Source: Haplodiscus bocki (lineage: Eukaryota). Taken from it: a DNA stretch of 64,000 bases. The notes under the pieces were generated by a model. It did no database searches and was not told the origin of the DNA. It worked only from the letters and a program-made list of their open reading frames with translations. The translations under genes were made by a program, and so were the position numbers. This document shows, piece after piece, positions 10,330-23,430 of this stretch. Numbering within the stretch: the first letter of the stretch is position 1; each line of letters opens with the position of its first letter. The DNA is taken from the NCBI GenBank assembly GCA_965655095.1, contig OZ296650.1, positions 50,964,001 through 51,028,000 of the forward strand. Direction: 5' to 3'.

Positions 10330-12087
10330 ATAATTCAACTTTGCAAGCCAACCACCAATTGATATTAAATACCGATTGTTGCACCCAAACAGCGTGGCAT
10401 AGACAAAAACATGTTAAAGACAGACAAAATCTTCATGAGCGAGTGTTATCAACATCGCTATGACAAGAAATTCGTAAAGTCAAATTTCTTCAATTCGCAT
10501 GTATACAAGACTCCCGGCTACCATCGGGATATTCTCCGACAATCAACTAGTAAAAATTATTTTAGAAAATTCATGAAGTTGAATTCGATATGGTCGCTTT
10601 TTCAAGACTGAAAGCTTTGTTAATATGGAGAGGTGGGTTTTCACAACCGACTTGAAAGCTTCTGGAAGCTTAAAGTGATTCAGAGCAAGCGTAAATCTGC
10701 AGACTTCCAGTTTAGCAGCAGCGACTCAGAATCAGTGTTCTCAACATTGGCTATTGATCACAGTGTTTCAATTCTGTCTGAAAACTGTTGTTTTCTGGAA
10801 AGGTATCGACAACTAAGAAGGGACTGGAAGCCGATGAAAAATATGATACATGAAGCCCAAAATTTTGTAAACAATTTTTTTTCTGAATGGTCAACCAATG
10901 TAAGTTATGAAGCAGGACTGACGGGGATATAAAACTCACAAAGGACGCTCAATTTTGCAGCTTCATTTTGCAGACTACAGCCTTTTCGCCAATTTCTGGG
11001 GGCTAACCATGGAGTAACGAGATAGAATATTCGAGTGAATAAATCTGAAGAGTTATTAGCAGTACATTAAGGTGACCAAGAGAAGGATGTTTTCTTATAG
11101 AAAAAATGCGTCTGAAATGATAGCAGCTGGTGCGTAATTACGAATTTGTTGAAACTCAGTTTGCTGTGAACTGCACCAACTATTTTCATATTATTGATTT
11201 TATAGCCATCAGGTCTTCAAGGTTTCAGGTAGATGGGGATTGGCATTGTTGCCAAAGAAAAATACCATTTTAGAGCTATTAATTGAATTTTACTGCCTCT
11301 AGTAATTTTAGAATTTCGAATTTTTTTACCTCAAGGTACCTCTCTACCCACAGGCGTATCTTAAAGGAGGCATTCGATCATAACGCCTTGTGCTCCGCTA
11401 ATGTGATATGACTGTATCAAGGTAAGAACTTTATTTTTAACCATCGAAAAAAATTTTGAAGGAAAATATTCAATTCAGCAGTCTGAGTTTCTTTTTCTGG
11501 AATTGGCAAGGACGCGCAGACTTTCTGTTCGCAGAATCGTTGGCGGCTTGTATAATACGTATCTTGGGTGCCACCGCAGTTAGGTGGCCCACATGTAGCG
11601 GATTCGAATCTCTCTACATTCCAATCTTTCATAAATAGATATTCATTAAAACCGCTTATTTATAGCAAAAAAACAGTGCTTTTCGACAAAATTTAGGGTT
11701 TTGCGATGAGTCGGATCATTGTTTTCTCAAAAATTATTCAATTCCCGACCTATATGAAGCAAATCGTTGTTTTCTCAAAATTTCGAAGAAACTCCAGATA
11801 AGTTTTTTGATTTTCTCAAAAGCCGAAAGAAAAGCTCCTAAAACTGTCTGAAAATCAATTAGAAATCCAAACAGTGATTTTCTCTAATTTCTTGGTAACC
11901 GTTTTTTGTTTTCCTAGTTTCTCCAGGGTCAAAGAACACAATTTAACTTCCAGAACACTTTCATTGGAACATATAGTTCTCTGATTCCTACATAGAATTT
12001 CAAGAATGGCCAAAGGCTCAATTAGAATTGAACTCCCTCTAGGTTTACACTGCTATTCACAGAAAAACAGCCTTTCATTCATTCATT

Positions 12088-12183
12088 CATTTATGTTCTA
12101 ATCGGAAGTTTTCTACTTATTGAGAAAAATTGTATCATTTAGGTTCTAATCGGAAGTTTTCTACTTATTGAGAAAAATTGTAT
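12088..12183. repeat. 48-bp tandem duplication next to an (ATTC)n microsatellite
   Basis: GTTCTAATCGGAAGTTTTCTACTTATTGAGAAAAATTGTAT at 12095 and 12143. Confidence 0.9.
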
Positions 12184-14272
12184 TCGTAAACTGTCTATTT
12201 TGTTTCCTTGCTCAGAAACCTAAAAGTCCACAATTTCCGGAAAGTGATATCAATTTTGTTTTGGATCCATCTTCAAACGCATAATTCTCCATACCTGCAG
12301 GTTTCATTTCTCTCATCAAGACATCTATCGAAAGCTCCAAAAAAAGAGTAGAATTCATTTAAAACATTGTTGTATCTTATCTGTGCAATGGAATCTCGTT
12401 GGACCGAAAATGAGAGGAATTGCTATTAGTTTTGAAAAAAAAATGACATTGAAACTAATGTTTCTTCAATTTTACCTGTTTTTCTCCTCCATCAAAAAGT
12501 CAAACGATAGCTTTCTACTTGCGAAGGAGTACTAGTTTTTAATCATCTCGAAGAATGTTGATTGTTTCGCACATAGGAATCGGAATACTGATCGGCCAAA
12601 AGGGGCAACAGGGCCTACCAGTACAGACCTATCTGTCGTATGGATTTTTAAGACACTGTGAACTCAACGGGGTGGGACAAACAATAATGTTTTTCCTTAG
12701 TTGAAAGTGTTTTGCCGATTTGGGGCTCGATCCTGGATTGAATTATTGAAGTTTTTATTCCTTATATCCCATCCACATCGCCAATGCGCTGCTTCAATTT
12801 ATTTTCCTCTGTTGTACTTATATCAGTATATCAATACTATGCAATATGTAATTTACAGTGCTTGTTCCAATTTATTTCCGCCAGTTGTACTGGCTGATAT
12901 GTTACCGAAAAATTTACCTAGCTTAGGTTGGATTTCATCAAAGCGGACCAGGACAGTGGGCCTGAGGACCAGACAAGACTAAAGTCTGTGTAGAATATTC
13001 AGGCTGAAGTTCGTTGCTAATCCCTAGAGAAGCCAAGAAGTCTATTTAGTATTCTAACGAACGAACTTGTTTCTCAAGGGTAGGCCAGTATCTATTCACT
13101 ACAAGAATTGAACTCATGAAGGAATTACACGTCAAAATCCCATACAATAAAATTTATTCTAATAATCCTGCTGTAACTTTATATCTATCGTGATTTCTTT
13201 TTCTTACCAATTTTTGACTTCGATCTTCAAATAACTTAAACAAAAATTTGCTTTTGAAAGCCAAGCGAGTTTCGATAGACTTCAATTTTATCACTTGTCA
13301 CATCTCTATCCAATTAAAAAGCAAAATGCGGGTCCACTTCAAATTTGAACTGTGATTCAATCATAATTCATATTCAAACTTTTCAACTGTAGGAAACTAA
13401 AAGCTGTTCCCACGAAGAGCTTTATAGGTTCCGCGGTTTGCTCTGCAAGAACACAACTCGCACCATTCCGACTTCGACTAACTTTTTCGGTGTCACTCAA
13501 TTCAACTCTTCATTTTGAAATTTTTTCGCCCCAGAATTGAAACAGCTGTTGCTTCATCTTTGTTGGTTTTTTTCTGGCTAATCTTTTTGGTTATCTTTGT
13601 AGACGTCACCATGTACGTTCACGAGAATGGTCCAGCGAAATAATGGGATATGACCGATGAACAACAGAAAGCCGCCCCACCTACACCCACGTCGAAATCG
13701 CCTATAAGAAAGCCTCCAAAAGATTTCGAAACTTTTCTTTCGAAAACAATTAAGATCACCAAAAGCGATGACACGAATTATCGTTATCTTTGCGATTAAT
13801 GCCTCCGGGGACAGAAAGGGCCATTTTGGCATGTGTGAGAAAGTGGCAAAAACCTTAACAGACAGAGGAGCTAAAAGATGGGTAAAGGCGCATCTCAAGT
13901 CTCTCAAACTTCCATTGCAGTCTAAAATGAAGGCGAGATCAGGAAAAGTGGTGGTTGTAATGAAGCAAGCTCCGGAGGGCACGGAACTATCCTGCCATTC
14001 GGTTGAAAAGTCTGCCAAACAGATGGAAATGAACGCTGTATTCTAGTAGATGCTGATTGATGCTGAAGTCATTGAGCTTTCTGTAATCTTGCAATAAAAT
14101 TGTACGTAAATTATCATACTTTCCGCGTCTTTTCTTTCTTCCAGAAAATACAAGTCCTTAGGCGGTGTATGTGGAGACCACTTGGAAGGTGAACGTCGCT
14201 GGACAACCGGTGTTCGGCTTTCATTTGTTTGTCTGTTTCGCAGTAGGTTTTATAAGTAGTAGTTGTGTTTTG

Positions 14273-16745
14273 CTAGGAAACGCTCAGCAATTGTCGAAAT
14301 TTTTGGTTTTCTGGATTCTGCTGTATTTCCAATGATATGGGCAGCACTTTAGCTTTCGATAAGCGTTCTTTATAGTTGGATCCAGGGAAGGCCCATTTTA
14401 ACACACGAGATTGTAAAAGTTCTAGACGTGCCAAATCTGTTTTACTTGGGCACCAAATTTCAGAGGCGTATAAAACTGTAGAAAGAATGTAGGATTTAAA
14501 AAAAAGTGATCTCTTGAGGTTGGAGAAGATTGAATACGCAGATTTAACTTTGAGTTCGATATGGCTTGACCAGGACAGGTTAGAGCTGATAGTAAGACCC
14601 AGGTCCTTGACAGTATTGGAGTCAGGGATAGCAGTATTTTCGATATTTAGCGATAGTCCTGGAGAACTCTTACCAAAAGCGATAAAGTTTATTTTGCTTA
14701 AAATGAAAATCATAAGGTTTTCCTGTGCCCAACGAAGACACCTGTGGAAGTCCCGCTAGGGCAGGGAGATGCGAGCTGATCGATTTGCAGTCATCAGCAA
14801 AAAGGAACACGAGGGACTCAGAGCAGCTGTTAGGCAAATTATCTATGAAAACGAGGAAGTATAGGGGACCCAAGATAGAGCCTTGCGGAACCCCACTGAT
14901 AATGACACGGAGAGTAGAGCTGATCCCAATTATTTCAACAAATTATTTTCGTCCGATCAGGTAGCTGTGGATAAATTTGAGCAAATTACCTCCAATTCCA
15001 AAGTGTCTGAGTTTCGTAAGGGTTAGATGGTGGGGCACTGTGTCGAAGGCCTTTGCAAAGTCTAGATGGAACGCATACAGTTCATTGTTCTTCTCGTTCG
15101 CGTAGTAAGCCTCAGTGGGAAAGAGTAGGAGTTGTCTGATTGTGCTTCTGCCCTTTAGAAAACCAAATTGCCGAGTGGACAATTTTGGGGCAATGAACTT
15201 GTACAATTTCTTAAAAAATACCCTTTCAAACGAGAGGGAGAGTTTGGAAAGTAGACTAATGGGCCGATAACATGTTACATCCTGCTTTTTACCGGATTTG
15301 AACACGAGGGTGATTTTCGCGATTTTCCATTCTTCAGGGTAGATAACACTATGTAGGAAACTTTGAAATAGCTTGTACACATGAAAGCTGAGATCGGAAT
15401 AGCATGTTTTCAGGAAGTCACCTTTGCTTCCGTCATGACCCTTCCCAGGAGTAGACAAATACAACGCATCAAAAACATCATTTTGTGTAATTTGCACAGT
15501 ATTAATCTCATTATCACTGAAGTCACTGAAAGTTGACGTTTTGTGGTTGAAGACACTGGCGAAGAAAGTGTTGAAGGCTTCAGCGATGTCAACATTTTTC
15601 TGAAGTTTCACGTCGTTATGGATCATGACGTTTGGTACGTTCGAGGTTTTGAGTATTTTTTGTAGTTTGAAGCAGCCGTTTAGTCCACTATTACGTTTCG
15701 TGAAGGAGTCCACAGAAACGGCGGTGTCAAGTTCGATAGAAATATTGACGTCGCGAGCAATCGCGCTCATTTTCCTCAATTTTAAGGCCGAAGTATATTT
15801 CTCATAGCGTCGTTTGGCAGTGTTGAGGACATTTAGCAGGTGCATGGTGTGGGAAGAACAATAGAAAGGGGCATTTTGACGTTTTTGGTGCTTCTTTCGG
15901 TAATACAATGATAGAAGCTGAGCAAAGTTTTCCAGCCAGTCATTAGTAAAGTTTTCACTGGTAACGGGAGCAAGAACAGAGAAAAGCGACGAGGCAAGTT
16001 CCAGTTGAGGATAAGAATAAAATTCTGGTGGGATGTGGACTTTGTGGTTGCAATTGGACAGATGTGTCTTTTTATTGCCAAAATAGCACTGAAAACTGAT
16101 CAGAAAGTGATCAGAAAAATCAGTAATGCCAACTTTAGAAATATGGCAAGTTGAGAAGTTGACAAATATTAGATCAAGAGTGTTACCATTAATATGCGTT
16201 GGCAGTGTAACAAATTGTTCAAACCCATGATTGATGAGAAAGTTTAATATTCGAACTGAGTATGATGAATGGCTGTGGTATGTATCCCAATTTACATCGG
16301 GCATGTTGAAGTCGCCACAAATAACAGTGGGTAGGTTGCCGTTCTGGTTAATAACATGTGAGAGAAGATTGATGATATCGAGAGCCGCGCTACGGAATTT
16401 ACTGGAGAAAGGGTGTTTATAGATGCAGATAAGCAACAGGTCCTGGCAGCAGGTGTGTAATTTCGTGGCGCAACCAAAATCTACAGTGGAATCAATCTGG
16501 TCAGTGTATATAATTTTCTTGGTAAGGATAAGGCATCCCCCATGTTCACCAGTCGCTCTGTCAACCCTAGACGAGGTCGAATAACTACCTGAAAAAAAAT
16601 TGGAGTCGCCGATTGAAGAGTTCAACCAGATCTCAGTGAGACAGGCAGCATCGGCATCAAGAAGTGCTAGTCGATTAGCAAGTTTAACTTGTTTTTCAAA
16701 GGAACACAAGCTGCGCACATTGTATAGTAGAATATCAATTTTGAG
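14273..16745 (-). pseudogene. LINE ORF2: apurinic endonuclease plus reverse transcriptase, with at least two frameshifts (about 14945 and 14730)
   Basis: APE motifs YNVRSL, CLTEIWL, GDFN, NTLDLIF, SDH. RT motifs YRPISLL, QFGF, DFAKAFDTV, GVPQGSILGP, FADD, KDLG. Confidence 0.9.
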
Positions 16746-17541
16746 CGGTTGTACTAGTCAATTGTCGTTTTGCGCAATTTTTTTTGCCATCAATGTAGAG
16801 TTTGAGGTTACGAACCTTGATGCGTGATTTATCGGTTCCATCTTTGATAAGGGTACATCTCTTGGCAAGAAGGCATCTCTCAATTTCTTGCTCGCTTGGT
16901 GAGAATTGGGCAAAGACTAGAATACCTTTTTCTTGGAATAGCTTTCTTTCAATTCCTTTGCTGACCATTCGTCTAGCGTCCCAAATGGATGAAAAAGTTG
17001 CAATGATAGGCCGGCGTTTCGAAATATTAAACTTACCATTACGGTGGCAGTCAGAGACTTGTACGTTATGAAAGTTTAGTTCAGTAGCAATATCCTCTAT
17101 AATTTCTTTGTCGCGAAGTTTCCGATCAATTGAAAATCTCAGGTTGTTTTCACGTACACCTACTATTTTTACTTGGTATCGATGATTATCGGTTCGAGAT
17201 AAACTTTCCTTTTGAATGTCAATTTTGGGGTCACTGCTTTTATGCATTGTGTTTTTAAGATCGTTGACAGATTTCTGTATGGAGCAGATTTTTTCCTTGA
17301 GCTCGAAGGATTCCGCTCGTGCTTCGTAACAAGAGTCACAGTACCAACAGGTGGTCTTGAGTGATTCCAGGACTGATAGTTGGTCTGATGTTAGATTGAC
17401 ACAGGGACCATGAAACCTGACATTGCACTTGTCACAGGCAAAACCCTTGTTCACCTTTTTATTACATATGCCGCAATTGTTTTTGTAATCCTTTGCCGAA
17501 GATGTAGAGTTTACGCGGATACGGGAGCCAGCTGCCGCCAG
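16735..17541 (-). CDS. LINE ORF1 with N-terminal PHD finger, coiled coil and L1-ORF1-like C-terminal region
   Basis: CGICNKKVNKGFACDKCNVRFHGPC...WYCDSC is a Cys4-His-Cys3 pattern. The frame is open upstream to 17580. The probable start context AAC-CTG-GCG (17541) lacks an ATG. Confidence 0.75.
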   Translation of the reverse strand: MAAAGSRIRVNSTSSAKDYKNNCGICNKKVNKGFACDKCNVRFHGPCVNLTSDQLSVLESLKTTCWYCDSCYEARAESFELKEKICSIQKSVNDLKNTMHKSSDPKIDIQKESLSRTDNHRYQVKIVGVRENNLRFSIDRKLRDKEIIEDIATELNFHNVQVSDCHRNGKFNISKRRPIIATFSSIWDARRMVSKGIERKLFQEKGILVFAQFSPSEQEIERCLLAKRCTLIKDGTDKSRIKVRNLKLYIDGKKNCAKRQLTSTTAQN

Positions 17542-18065
17542 GTTCGGACAATGTATATTGAATTGGGCAATTGTAGTTGATTAGCCGAGAAGTGATGTCC
17601 ACTTCCACTCCAGTTACTCCACGGCCAATTCACACATAATATCTCAAACTATTTAATAAGTTTATCACAACAATTAGGCTTTGGTTTTGGTTCGCAGTAT
17701 GCATCTACATAATGGAAAATTGACGGAACGTACTTTTCATTGGCATACTTATTGGGGTTGTAAGAGGCTTGCATATGCATGGCTTTGGTTTCAAGTAGGC
17801 ATCCATATAGTGACATATGAGTTGAATTTGCCTAGTATAGGCAAACAACTTTGCTGTTTTTGATTGTTTCAGGGCAGCTTAGACATCAATATAAAGCAAA
17901 ATTAGTCGATCTCGTTTGAATTTTCTGTACTAACTCCGAGTTTGTATTACTTGTTCTTCGGGTCGAAAAAATTTTAACACAAAACCTGGAAAGCATGTCT
18001 CAGCCATTACAAACAACTTGGAACAGCATTGAAATCGAAAAGGTACTCGAGAAGACAACACACAT

Positions 18066-18117
18066 AACGAAGGCATTACTTGGACAAATCAAACGAAGGC
18101 ATTACTTGGACAAATCA
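18066..18117. repeat. Perfect 26-bp tandem duplication
   Basis: AACGAAGGCATTACTTGGACAAATCA twice. Confidence 0.92.
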
Positions 18118-18729
18118 AAACATCATCGATCAAGTTACACAACAGCAATGTATTGAGACAATAGCTCAAGTAAGAACCTGTAAAACAACTCATTCACTCC
18201 CATTTTTGATGTGGGCATTTTCCATTAACTTTTTTGGAGATCATAACTTCATATTCACTGAACCAATTCTCAACTTTTAGGAAGCATTCCATGTTTTCGA
18301 TCGTGTTCGCCTATTCTCCGGTGTAAAATGCGACATTTTTGCCCTTTTCAACAAAAAGTTTCTCAATCTTAACGGGATTTCCTTCTGAGACCTCATCTGC
18401 ATCATCGTGCATAGGCGGAAAGCACTTAGGAACTTGTTCTCCAGAAATTTGATCCGAATGAACTACATGTCTTCCCATTTCCGATTATCAGTCTTCTCGC
18501 AGATATTCTACGTTCGAGGTATTCCAGATATCTATCATTTGTTCCGTTAGTGATATTAGTGCATCACGAAAATTGGATATCTTTGCAACTTTTGAGCTTC
18601 ACTTGGATGAACTTAGTTATATTGCGGGTGGGATGATTGTCAATCAGTCAATCCTACGTTGAAATTGCTAAATTTTCTTCAAAACCCCTACCGCTATCAT
18701 CTAAGATGTCTTGAGGAATATGGAATTCG

Positions 18730-21700
18730 CATGTCAGATTGTGCTCATGCGGTAAAGCTGTTATGCCGTCCTCTGGAATGTGCGCTCACCTTCAATGTTA
18801 CATATTAAAAACTTCTGCATTGTATTGGTTTGCAGCTGATAGAGCTTTGATTCTTTTCTTTTGTTTAACGTTCAGAGAAGTGTTACTGTTTGTAAGAAAA
18901 CCTTTAAAGAGCGTTGGTAGGCTGACATTGAGCATCCATTGTTTCAGTTTTGGCAAAATGTTTCCTGCTTTCCCACGCTGAGAGCTGAATGCAATTTGAG
19001 TTTTGATTCCTCGAACTCTTGGATTGGTAGGCCAATTAACTTGCCTCTATGTTTGATAGTTTTTTCGTGAAATTTTGGTAGTGTGCAGTTTGGATCTTCC
19101 GGATTATTTGAAACTCCAGACGGCTACAAAAAGTGTGTTTTTTTAGCACGCTCCTTGTAAAAATCAATATGCTTACAATCATACACAAAAAATGGTGTCG
19201 AGGCACAAGATAAAACAACTCAGATGTTTATTCGTCACTCTACAGTGAAATTGAATCTCGTGGGTTTTTGGCGGGTCGAGAACAGATTCCCCAAGAACAG
19301 TAACTTCCTTCCGAGTTTCGTTGCGTGGAGATAATCAGATTGATGTGGAATTTTCATCGAAGTCTCTGAATTGACAAAAACCGAGCACAATCCGTCAGTC
19401 TATGCCCTTTTGTAGGGTTTTACTAAAGCATGCGTTGTTCAAAAAATACAAAAAAATCTCTTAGATTTTGTTCTGCGCCTGCTGTCGTTGTCAGTTTTAA
19501 GATGACACGACGATTTCAACCAAATGTCACATGTCAGGCAACGGTGGAACTGTGACGTTTCTAATCTCATGCGGAGAATTGTTTCAAAATACGAAAAATA
19601 AGGATTTGTGTGACCCTTAGCTTGTGACTGTAAAAGCTTCTTGCAAGAAATACAAGGACAGTTCTCTCCCGTTTGTTTCATCATTTCTTTTTGTCGTTCA
19701 CTGAAAACATGGTAGTCGAAGTCTTTTGTGTTAGCCAAAGAGAATTGTTATGACACTCAAGGTTAGTCAACAAGCTATTCCAAGTCAACTTTCATTATGT
19801 ACACAAACTCTGACTTGTTCGATGTTTCCACTAAGCATATTTTGACTGCAAGTTGGCATTCACTGAAAAATTTTCAGAGCGAAAGGAACTTTTTCCTCCT
19901 TTCCAGCGCAAAGTTTGTTGGCATCAATCAAGCCCCATAATTGCCATAGAAGCTAAATTCATGACTGTGACTTTTTTTTATCTAGGCTCTGAATAATCCC
20001 TTGTCATTATTCAGCAGAAACCGCAACAAGTCTTTTGTTTCCTTCAAGTCCATGTGCACCCTGTCTGTCAAAAGTTTGAGTTCCGTTCAAGATTTCTTGA
20101 AGAGAAGCAATGAGAGAGAGGTGAGAGCATGTAAAATAATGAGCACTGTCGGGCCTATATAGTTTCCGGCAGAGGTCACGACACTCCTCATCAACGCACG
20201 CAAGAATAAAAAAGTCTGTTCATAAGAAAAATCCGTCTCAGTCACGAAAGTTTTGTCAAGTGAATTTTGCTAAACTTTTCTAAGGTGCTGCCATTCAGCG
20301 TCGTTGACTGAACTTTTAGGATTGCCCGAAAAATCTCTCCATCATTCTTTTCGTGGTAGATCTTTGTCGTCAAATTTGTTCAAATTGTCGAAGAACAAAA
20401 AATATTTCTGACTTTTTTTGGTAGAAGAGCATTTTGTCTGCTTCTGCATGACAAGAACTCAATTTTTTATAATCTCAAATTCCTCAATGGGGAAATATTT
20501 GCAGTTTTATCGCATAAGCAACGCAGGAGTAGAAAAGATTACACAAACCGAAGTTCTTCGAAAACTCGGTCGATTGTTCTATTTATGTTTTTCACCGTTC
20601 TGATTGGCATGCCAAGGAGAAAAGTGATCCAATTACTGTCAATCAAGTGTGTTTCATCCATTTTGCAGCCAGGTGTGATTTCGTATTGGTACAGGCAAAC
20701 ATGGTGCAGATAATATCTCAAGGTTTTAGGGGAATTTTCCGGAATAAAGTCGGTTGTTCGTCGCTTCACGCCTCATTGGGCGTGGGCCAATCCCAGAATG
20801 TCTCCTGAGTAGTGAAAATGAACACAGACTTGGTCATCTTCTACGGTTGAGACCAATTTGAATTTGAAGAATCCAACAGTTGTACTCTGTTTTTTTTGTT
20901 TTGGAACGCCACTGGGGTAGAAGTGGTTGATTTGATTATTTGCAGTCTCTTCAGTGTTAATTTCCTGAAGCATTGCTAAAACTTTTTACAATCTGCCGAG
21001 CTTCACATGGATTCACATCGGTTAGGGTTCCCAAGTTTTAGTCCGACTATCAAGAGACAAAATTGTTGTTGGACTTCCGTGGCGTTGGTAAATTCATTGA
21101 GGTTGACGCAACCTATCTCTAGGTGTATCAAGGTATGTAAGGCATATTATACCCTCATTGTGGAAAAACACCCAGCTAGATTTTGCAACTTAAGACGAGT
21201 GTAGTCTGCTTTAGGCAAATCGATATGTATCGATGAAGATTTTAGAACCCTTCTCAATTGCGTTGCTAAGTGTTTTGGTTCATGCATTTTTCAAAACAAA
21301 TTCGGTGGAAAACTCTGCTCCAGTTTGTGAAATAGCGCCTTTAAGTGGTTGGCTCATCTCCAAAAGTCTGGTTTTAGGACAAAATGTTATTTTTGACCCT
21401 CTTTTTCAACAACAAGTCTTTTCGAAGTCTCGTTCAGATCGTTGAGTCACTGGATAATTCACAAGTTTCTTGTAAACAAAACAAATTGTTAATTTGGGAG
21501 CTATTCGTTTTATGGAATCAAACCATTGCTCCACTGCTCACTGGCAATTCAAGCTCACCACTTGATTGGTGAGCAATCGGCCTAAAACAGAATAGATGTA
21601 GGGTTTCTTCTCTCCTTGAAACTTTTACGGCTCGGAACATAAAGCAATGACCTATACGGGGGGTGCATTGAACCAGCAAAATCATTCTGAGACAGATTTG

Positions 21701-22900
21701 AACCATACACGAGTTGCACCTCAGAGTTCAGGAAGACTGTTGTTTCTCCTAGACTGGTGGGATTGGAGAGATCCACTTTAGAAAAAACTTGATTTTTTGC
21801 TGCATTTTGATTCACACTACTCAAAACCAGGCCAATATTGGGAAGTTTCACGTCGGTCAAAAAATGCAGCATTTGAATTTTTCCGGGAGAAAGAATTGTG
21901 GAACATTCAGGCGCTTTATTGAACACCGGTGCAAATGTTGCGAACGTTCCTGGAAAGGATCAGCACGTGATGACAAATCATTTTTTGCGCCGATTTGTCT
22001 TCTAAATTTGTTTACAAAGTCAAAAGCAGGTCCACCATAGAAACAAAATTTACGAAAAAGTGTTGTTCTCAAAGGATTTGGGTGTCGATAAAAGCTACTG
22101 GAAAAAAGATAATACTGACTTCCCGCACTTTGACTGAGCCAGAACTACGGAAGTTTTCTGTGAAATTTTCATCAAGTTGTTCCATTTTTGTTGGTCGCTC
22201 AAAAAAAACCCTAGACCGTTATTGCAAGCCCTCATCCGACTGGTTGAATTTGAAATATGATTAATTGAAAACAGGAAAGTACAATTTAAAAGCATCCAAA
22301 GATCGCATCGTGATTTCTTACAATCAATTTTTGTTTTGGTAAAATAAATGTATCGCATCTTATCCCATGTTTGCGTAAAATCAATGGAAGATCGCGATTT
22401 CTTTCCACTAGTGTAAACTCTAATATGAAAATCTTTCTGGTAATTCGATTCGACCAGATTGCTCCAGCCGTGGCAATTGCTCACAAAATAAATGAAACTG
22501 TTTTGTTTGAGCGCTGCGGTTCTTTGGAGGACCTTCATATTGGTAACATGTCACACCTTGTCATTCTGTCCCCCTTTTTTGTTTGGTGGTAATATCCCGA
22601 GCATTAGAATCTCTAGCTGTTGCACCTATAACCACTATTTTTTCACATTTCAGTTAATTTCATTTCAAACGTTAGCCACTGTTCTGTCTTCCATTTTAGT
22701 TAGATGTTGAAATTTCCAGTCTGGTATCTTTCAGCACACAGTTGGGCCTCTGCGCAATTACTCGAATTTCAAATTCCTAGGATGTCTCCTTTGGAGATAT
22801 TTTTCCATTGAAATTATTGCAAAAGAATTGCAAAGAATACTGCTTAAAGTATTAAAGTTCAACAAGAGAAGGCACATCATTTCGGAAGATGATGAAGGGC
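18730..22900 (-). pseudogene. Polinton protein-primed family B DNA polymerase remnant
   Basis: In order: HFHYSGDILGLAH (about 20800, cf. DHCHYTG..G.AH), TDFFILAC..CRKLYRPDSAHYFT (about 20150, cf. LDPAHYYT), LIDANKL (motif A, about 19920), LNNACFSKT (motif B, about 19430), CLDTIF (YSDTDS position, about 19200), EDGITALPHEH (about 18750). Confidence 0.82.
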
Positions 22901-23099
22901 AATATAGTTATATGAGAAGTTTTGTGAATTTCTCACACCTCTGGAACCATTGCCACGTGGACGATAGTCCATCTTCTCCTGTCTGCAATCTGATTGTACA
23001 ATTCAGACTCCAATCCCTTTTTTGTTTTCTTTTCACTGCAAGAAGTTTTCCGCCGGAAAAATCTCATATTTATCAAAAAAATAATCAGTAGATTGATGT

Positions 23100-23430
23100 T
23101 TAGCATTTGTTGGTCCAGGATTCTAAAAAAAGGTATGGAAAAGCAACGAATCTTCTCACTAGTGTATCGAATAGGAGTATATTCAGCAATAAACACGTTG
23201 TAGGCAAAATAGAAGCAAGAGAGTCCGCAGATATGCCATTATAGTTTGCGCAATGGTTCATATACGAGCTCAGGCACTCCAAAGTGAGCAAGAGAAAGAA
23301 AGTCGCATGAATTTTTGTGAACTCTCATAGGAAACCCAAACTTGTTGGAATCAAGAGCAGCGGGAAAATGTCTTCCTACAATAAGTTCAAGTAGTTTCAA
23401 CCTAAATGATCACATTTCAATCATCCTGGT
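23100..23430 (-). pseudogene. Polinton adenain-like cysteine protease remnant
   Basis: FPAAL..., HICGLSCFYFAY (cf. CG.YC.YF catalytic Cys motif); located directly after the major capsid gene. Confidence 0.6.

Larger units (their letters stand above)
14273..17600 (-). mobile_element. CR1-clade non-LTR retrotransposon (LINE), near full length, frameshifted
   Basis: A PHD-finger ORF1 is followed by an APE-RT ORF2. The 3' end is not resolved. Confidence 0.88.

Noticed and set aside
10096-10338. 80-aa ORF as the true RPL11 N-terminus
   Set aside because: It starts at a TTG and runs through a probable intron. Homology begins after the ATG at 10233, and the tail LEHLF is intronic.
10411-10932. Divergent plus-strand gene head-to-head with RPL11
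   Set aside because: Two same-frame ORFs are separated by two stops, with no recognisable domain or convincing splice model. RNA data are needed.
13578-14090. Overlapping 146-aa and 92-aa ORFs, plus a DYRKLN string
   Set aside because: No supporting neighbouring motifs; cannot be assigned.
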